DNA of 64,000 nucleotides. It comes from Lachnospiraceae bacterium (GTDB taxonomy: Bacteria > Bacillota > Clostridia > Lachnospirales > Lachnospiraceae). Position 1 is the first letter of the stretch. Each line of letters opens with the position of its first letter. Both the position numbers and the translations under genes were made by a program. The notes below the pieces were generated by a model. The model saw only the letters and a list, made by a program, of their open reading frames with translations. It searched no databases and was not told the DNA's origin. The stretch covers positions 3,392 through 67,391 of the forward strand of contig JAFZWW010000111.1 of NCBI GenBank assembly GCA_017617005.1. Direction: 5' to 3'. This document shows positions 59,081-64,000 of this stretch, piece by piece.

Positions 59081-60079
59081 TCAGGTGAGCCACATATCAA
59101 GATGATCCCTGGCAAGATCGGTCACGACTCTTCCCTTGGGAGTACGCATGATGAATCCGTTCTTGAGAAGGTAAGGCTCATATACATCTTCTATGGTTCC
59201 GGCATCCTCTCCTGTAGCTGCCGCGAGCGTATCGAGACCGACAGGACCGCCGTCAAATTTCTTAATTATCGTTTCAAGGATCTTTCTGTCGGTATTATCG
59301 AGTCCGACCTTATCTATGGACATAAGATCCATGGCTTCGATCGCAATATCCTTAGTGATGATGCCGTCATATCTGACAAGTGCATAATCCCTGACACGCT
59401 TGAGCATCCTGTTTGCTATACGGGGAGTTCCGCGGCTTCTTTTTGCAAGCTCAAGCGCAGCATCTTTTTTGGTCTCAACGGAAAGCTTGCCCGATGAGAA
59501 CATAAGAACCTCAGCAAGCTCTTCGGGAGTATAGAACTCCATATGGAACTGTTCACCGAATCTGTCCCTTAAAGGAGCTGTGAGCATATCTGCCCTTGTG
59601 GTCGCACCGATAAGTGTAAAATGAGGTAAAGGAAGTCTTACGCTTCTTGCAGATGATGATGAATCCTTACCGATCATCACATCGATTGCAAAATCCTCCA
59701 TCGCGGGATACAGAACCTCTTCAACCTGACGGTTAAGTCTGTGGATCTCATCTATAAAGAGCATATCCCTTTCCTGCAGGGAATTTAGGATAGCCGCCAT
59801 TTCAGAGGGCTTCTCGATCGCGGGACCCGATGTGATCCTGATATGGGTTCCCATCTCATTGGATATGATGCCTGCAAGAGTTGTCTTGCCGAGTCCGGGA
59901 GGTCCGTACAAAAGGATATGGTCAAGCGCCTCTCCCCTCGCCTTGGCAGCCTCTATCTGGATGATAAGCCTTTCCTTGATAGCTTCCTGTCCGATATATT
60001 CCTTAAGCCTTGTGGGGCGCAGGGAATGCTCTACGGGCTTGTCTTCATTTGTGATATTGGTTTCAATACTTCTGGGCAT
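59081..60079 (-). CDS. ruvB: Holliday junction branch migration helicase RuvB
   Basis: [37 protein letters not shown]. Confidence 0.97.
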   Translation of the reverse strand: MPRSIETNITNEDKPVEHSLRPTRLKEYIGQEAIKERLIIQIEAAKARGEALDHILLYGPPGLGKTTLAGIISNEMGTHIRITSGPAIEKPSEMAAILNSLQERDMLFIDEIHRLNRQVEEVLYPAMEDFAIDVMIGKDSSSSARSVRLPLPHFTLIGATTRADMLTAPLRDRFGEQFHMEFYTPEELAEVLMFSSGKLSVETKKDAALELAKRSRGTPRIANRMLKRVRDYALVRYDGIITKDIAIEAMDLMSIDKVGLDNTDRKILETIIKKFDGGPVGLDTLAAATGEDAGTIEDVYEPYLLKNGFIMRTPKGRVVTDLARDHLDMWLT

Positions 60080-60084
60080 ACAGA

Positions 60085-60702
60085 TTATTTTCCGTAAAGA
60101 GTCTTAAGAGCAAGGGACAAAAGAGAACCGGAATCAAGCTTTTCATGTCCGTCTAAGGCGAGGATTGCTTTCGTGCTTTCGGTTTCTGAATAACCGAGTG
60201 AAACAAGTGCCGCGAGAGCATCGGCTTCCTCTCCGCCAAGATCCGCCTTGATGACGGGCTTGTGACCGGATGCATACTTGGAAGCAAGACTTTCATCAGA
60301 CAGATCAACCTTGCCTTTGAGCTCTATGATGATCTTACCTGCCGTCTTGGCCGAGATGCCCTTAGCCTTGGAAAGAGCCTTGATATCGTCACTGATCACG
60401 GCATATCTTACCGAATCGGCATCCATTACGGAAAGAAGTGACAAAGCACTCTTGGGACCGACTCCCGAAACCGAGATCAGCTTTTTGAACATATCAAGCT
60501 CATCACGGTCAGAAAAACCGTAAAGCTGAAATGTGTCCTCAGCTACCTGGGTGTAGGTATACAGTTTGACATGATCCCCGACCGATCCCATCTCCATGGA
60601 GCATCTTGAAGTGATGTTCACATTGATACCCAGTCCTCCGATATCGACAACACACATATCGGCTTCGAGCAGATCGAGGATACCTTCAACAAACGCAAAC
60701 AC
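60085..60702 (-). CDS. ruvA: Holliday junction DNA-binding protein RuvA
   Basis: [24 protein letters not shown]; GTG start. Confidence 0.95.
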   Translation of the reverse strand: MFAFVEGILDLLEADMCVVDIGGLGINVNITSRCSMEMGSVGDHVKLYTYTQVAEDTFQLYGFSDRDELDMFKKLISVSGVGPKSALSLLSVMDADSVRYAVISDDIKALSKAKGISAKTAGKIIIELKGKVDLSDESLASKYASGHKPVIKADLGGEEADALAALVSLGYSETESTKAILALDGHEKLDSGSLLSLALKTLYGK

Positions 60703-60707
60703 TTAGA

Positions 60708-61199
60708 TTATTTTCCTTCATTTATGAAATTAACAAGTCCGCCTGCCGCAATAAGCTTCTGCATGAACTCGGGGAATGCCTGTCCCTGATAGGAAGTTCC
60801 CTTGGTGATATCGGTAATGATGCCGGTATTAAAATCGATCTCAACCTCATCACCCGCATCGATATTCTTTGATGCTTCCGGGCACTCGATAATGGGAAGT
60901 CCGATATTGATGGCATTGCGGTAAAAGATCCTTGCGAAGGTTTCCGCAATTACGCAGGATACACCCGATGCCTTGATGGAGATCGGTGCATGCTCTCTTG
61001 AAGATCCGCATCCGAAATTCTTCGCAGCTACGATGATATCTCCTTTTGCCACTTTCTTCGTGAAATCCTTATCTATATCCTCCATGCAGTGTGTTGCAAG
61101 CTCTGCGGGATCGGAAGAATTAAGGTATCTTGCGGGGATTATTACATCGGTGTCTACATTGTCACCGTATTTAAATACTCTGCCTTTAGCGTTATCCAT
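60708..61199 (-). CDS. leuD: 3-isopropylmalate dehydratase small subunit
   Basis: [31 protein letters not shown]. Confidence 0.93.
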   Translation of the reverse strand: MDNAKGRVFKYGDNVDTDVIIPARYLNSSDPAELATHCMEDIDKDFTKKVAKGDIIVAAKNFGCGSSREHAPISIKASGVSCVIAETFARIFYRNAINIGLPIIECPEASKNIDAGDEVEIDFNTGIITDITKGTSYQGQAFPEFMQKLIAAGGLVNFINEGK

Positions 61200-61217
61200 T
61201 ATTTATGTCTCCTTTGA

Positions 61218-62486
61218 TCACAGATCTGCAGGGCATGCAATGATACCCTTTAATGCACTTGCGGCAGCAACGGCGGGTGACGCAAGATAGATTTCAGATT
61301 CAACATGTCCCATACGTCCGACGAAGTTCCTGTTTGTGGTGGAAACACATCTCTCACCCTGTGCAAGAACTCCCATATAACCTCCGAGGCAGGGACCGCA
61401 GGTAGGTGTCGAAACTACACATCCGGATTCGATGAAGATCTTGAGAAGCCCCTCTTCAAGGCATTGCATATAAACTGCCTGGGTAGCGGGAATAACGATG
61501 ACCCTGATACCCTTTGCGATATGCTTGCCCTTAAGGATATCTGCGGCGATCCTCATATCGGAGATACGTCCGTTTGTACATGAACCGATGACAACCTGGT
61601 CAATCTTAATATCTCCGTCCCTGTGTATCTCATCGATGGTATGGGTATTTTCGGGAAGGTGAGGGAATGAAACGGTTGCCTTAAGCTCGGAGAGGTTGAT
61701 ATCGATAACCTGATCGTACTCGGCATCCTCATCAGCTTCAAATGCGGTATATTTCCTTGTTGCGTGTTCGTTAAGATATTCGATGGTCTTGTCGTCAACA
61801 GGGAAAATTCCGTTCTTTCCGCCGGCTTCGATAGCCATATTAGCGATCGTGAATCTGTCATCCATCGAAAGTGATGCGACACCGGGACCGGTGAATTCCA
61901 TTGACTTATAAAGAGCACCGTCAACTCCGATCATTCCGATTATATGAAGTATAAGATCCTTACCGCTGATATCCTTCGGAAGAGATCCGGTAAGATTAAA
62001 CTTGATAGCTGAAGGAACCTTGAACCATGCCTGTCCTGTTGCCATACCTGCAGCCATATCGGTTGAACCCACGCCTGTTGAGAAAGCACCGAGTGCTCCG
62101 TAGGTACATGTGTGTGAATCGGCTCCGATGATGACATCTCCGGGAACGGTAAGACCTTTCTCGGGAAGGAGCGCATGTTCGATACCCATCTCACCGACTT
62201 CGAAGTAATTGGTGATCTCATTTCTTCTTGCGAATTCCCTTACGCACTTGCAGTGCTCGGCGGACTTGATGTCCTTGTTGGGCACAAAGTGATCGGGAAC
62301 AAGTGCGATCTTGTCCTTATCAAAAACTCCGTCCACCTTCATCTTTTCAATCTCATGAATGGCTACGGGGCTGGTGATGTCGTTTCCGAGTACCAGATCG
62401 AGCTTGGCCATGATCAGGTCTCCCGCTTTAACGGATTCCTGTCCTGCGGCACGTGCCAGGATCTTTTGAGTCATTGTCATTCCCAT
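61218..62486 (-). CDS. leuC: 3-isopropylmalate dehydratase large subunit
   Basis: [33 protein letters not shown]. Confidence 0.93.
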   Translation of the reverse strand: MGMTMTQKILARAAGQESVKAGDLIMAKLDLVLGNDITSPVAIHEIEKMKVDGVFDKDKIALVPDHFVPNKDIKSAEHCKCVREFARRNEITNYFEVGEMGIEHALLPEKGLTVPGDVIIGADSHTCTYGALGAFSTGVGSTDMAAGMATGQAWFKVPSAIKFNLTGSLPKDISGKDLILHIIGMIGVDGALYKSMEFTGPGVASLSMDDRFTIANMAIEAGGKNGIFPVDDKTIEYLNEHATRKYTAFEADEDAEYDQVIDINLSELKATVSFPHLPENTHTIDEIHRDGDIKIDQVVIGSCTNGRISDMRIAADILKGKHIAKGIRVIVIPATQAVYMQCLEEGLLKIFIESGCVVSTPTCGPCLGGYMGVLAQGERCVSTTNRNFVGRMGHVESEIYLASPAVAAASALKGIIACPADL

Positions 62487-62518
62487 ATATTTTTACCTCC
62501 GTACATATAGGATTAATT

Positions 62519-64000
62519 TTAGCTTTTTTCGTATAGTTTTACAATAAAATGATAAGAATGATGGTTGAATTCCACGGTTTTTTTCACGGTATAACCTTCT
62601 CCCATCGAATTCATCTGTATCATATCGTTTCCGATCAGCCAGACACGTTTATAAGCATCCATCTGTTCGCTGTTTGTATATACCCCTTTATAGTCATAAG
62701 GCATCCCGTCGGGATTAAATCCGTATATCCAATATTCTTCATCGGGGTCATATATCTGCAGAAGCGATGACCATGTATCAGAGAACATGACGGCATCTCC
62801 CTCGGAAACTTCATCCATACATGCAAGGTAATCATCTATTCCGCTTACGGAAAGTCCCGCTTTCTGACCCGAGAATGTCATAATGCCGAAACACAGTGCG
62901 ATAAGCAAAAGAATTACCCTGAAAATTCCGAATGCAGCATTTAAAGCTTTCTTTTCAAACGGATCATATGCAAGAAGAACGCCCATACAGAGCCATATTC
63001 CGGAAAATGCGGGAAATGCGTATCTTGCATAGAACTGTCCGCTATACATTACAAGAAGCATTCCGGTCGTAAGGAATGTAAGAAGCATAAGAACGGGTCC
63101 GAGCAACGGCAACAGGTCATTTTTATTCTTCCTGATGTAAATCATCAGACCAATGACCATCAGCAGAAACATAACTATCCAGAAACGGATCATATATCCG
63201 TTCACATAAAAGTCCGTTGTAAAGAGCTCATCCTTCCAGAATCTGAAATATTCTTTATACCAGGAAACATCGGACAGAGGATGCATCACCGAACCGCTTG
63301 AATTCTTGTTGGAAAACTGCCTTATCATAACAAGGAGCCAGGGAATAAAGGATGCACCCGTGATCATACCTGAAAACAGATATGTCCGGAATCTTTTATA
63401 TTCTTTCTTAACAAGAGCCGAAACAATAAAAATGATGAACAGCATCACTGTCATTGTCATGAAAACATGTTGCAGCCAGACGGTTATGACGGATGAAACC
63501 ATAAATGCAATTACTCTTTTTGCACTGATCTCTTCCCACAGCAAACATGCTTCATACAGGGCTGCAGAGAAGAAAAGCAGTCCCGGTGCATACATACGGC
63601 CGTTGCATACCTGATTGATCATCATAGGAGAAACGGAAGCAATAAAAACAGTAAAGAAAGCCGCTCTTCTGCCGTACTTTTTTCCGGCAAAAAGTGATGT
63701 GATCATCAGGAAAAGGATCGTACACAGATATGAAAACAGTTTCGGAGCATGTATGGGATCTATACCGGGAAGAAATGAAAAGATCCGCACGAGGAAATAA
63801 TACATCGGTGAATGCACATCCATGGATGTGATCCTGACGATATCTGAAAAAGAATGAGAGATCATCGATACGGTATAGCTTTCATCATAACCGCAAACGG
63901 GACTTGTGCAGAGAAACAGATACGCAATTGCACAGACTGATATCCAGAAAACTGTTAATATTATGTAAACCTTTTCGGGATTATTACATAATTTTCCGAA
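62519..64000 (-). CDS. GT-C fold integral membrane glycosyltransferase (GT39/PMT-like), 5' truncated by window edge
   Basis: Frame is open to base 64000 (FGKLCN...CGYDESYTVSM); GT-C 'DE' after TM1, 'DVHSPMYY', 'RMY', many TMs. Confidence 0.75.
   Translation of the reverse strand, partial: FGKLCNNPEKVYIILTVFWISVCAIAYLFLCTSPVCGYDESYTVSMISHSFSDIVRITSMDVHSPMYYFLVRIFSFLPGIDPIHAPKLFSYLCTILFLMITSLFAGKKYGRRAAFFTVFIASVSPMMINQVCNGRMYAPGLLFFSAALYEACLLWEEISAKRVIAFMVSSVITVWLQHVFMTMTVMLFIIFIVSALVKKEYKRFRTYLFSGMITGASFIPWLLVMIRQFSNKNSSGSVMHPLSDVSWYKEYFRFWKDELFTTDFYVNGYMIRFWIVMFLLMVIGLMIYIRKNKNDLLPLLGPVLMLLTFLTTGMLLVMYSGQFYARYAFPAFSGIWLCMGVLLAYDPFEKKALNAAFGIFRVILLLIALCFGIMTFSGQKAGLSVSGIDDYLACMDEVSEGDAVMFSDTWSSLLQIYDPDEEYWIYGFNPDGMPYDYKGVYTNSEQMDAYKRVWLIGNDMIQMNSMGEGYTVKKTVEFNHHSYHFIVKLYEKS

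Noticed and set aside
1-64000. CRISPR arrays, rRNA, tRNA, IS elements
   Set aside because: Intergenic gaps are short and show no repeat-spacer arrays or cloverleafs, and no ORF has transposase motifs.

Overview
Chromosomal core-genome segment of a Clostridia-class firmicute; gene content and order are Lachnospiraceae-like. It holds about 60 genes. Housekeeping blocks: aroB-lspA-rluD, rplU-prp-rpmA-obgE-yhbY-yqeK-rsfS, lexA/yneA/xerC, hisZGDB-hisIE, recU, coaD-rsmD, topoisomerase IV, degV-recG-fakA-asp23/rpmB, PBP-ftsW-U32-zapA-ruvBA and leuCD. I found no rRNA, tRNA, CRISPR array, IS or prophage. The most unusual element is a single 525-aa ORF (12240-13817) that fuses an intact-looking D-aminoacyl-tRNA deacylase (Dtd) to a GAF-like domain and a GGDEF diguanylate cyclase. 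Other oddities: a degenerate 7TM histidine-kinase-like protein coupled to an orphan solute-binding lipoprotein, inserted between the usually adjacent TIGR03960/TIGR03936 genes; an in-frame TAG inside recU; an HD-GYP protein with HD->YD; a FakA lacking its usual Zn ligands; no nadD at its usual locus; and a switch to convergent gene orientation at ~17.4 kb. All family calls come from motif recognition by eye, not from database searches.
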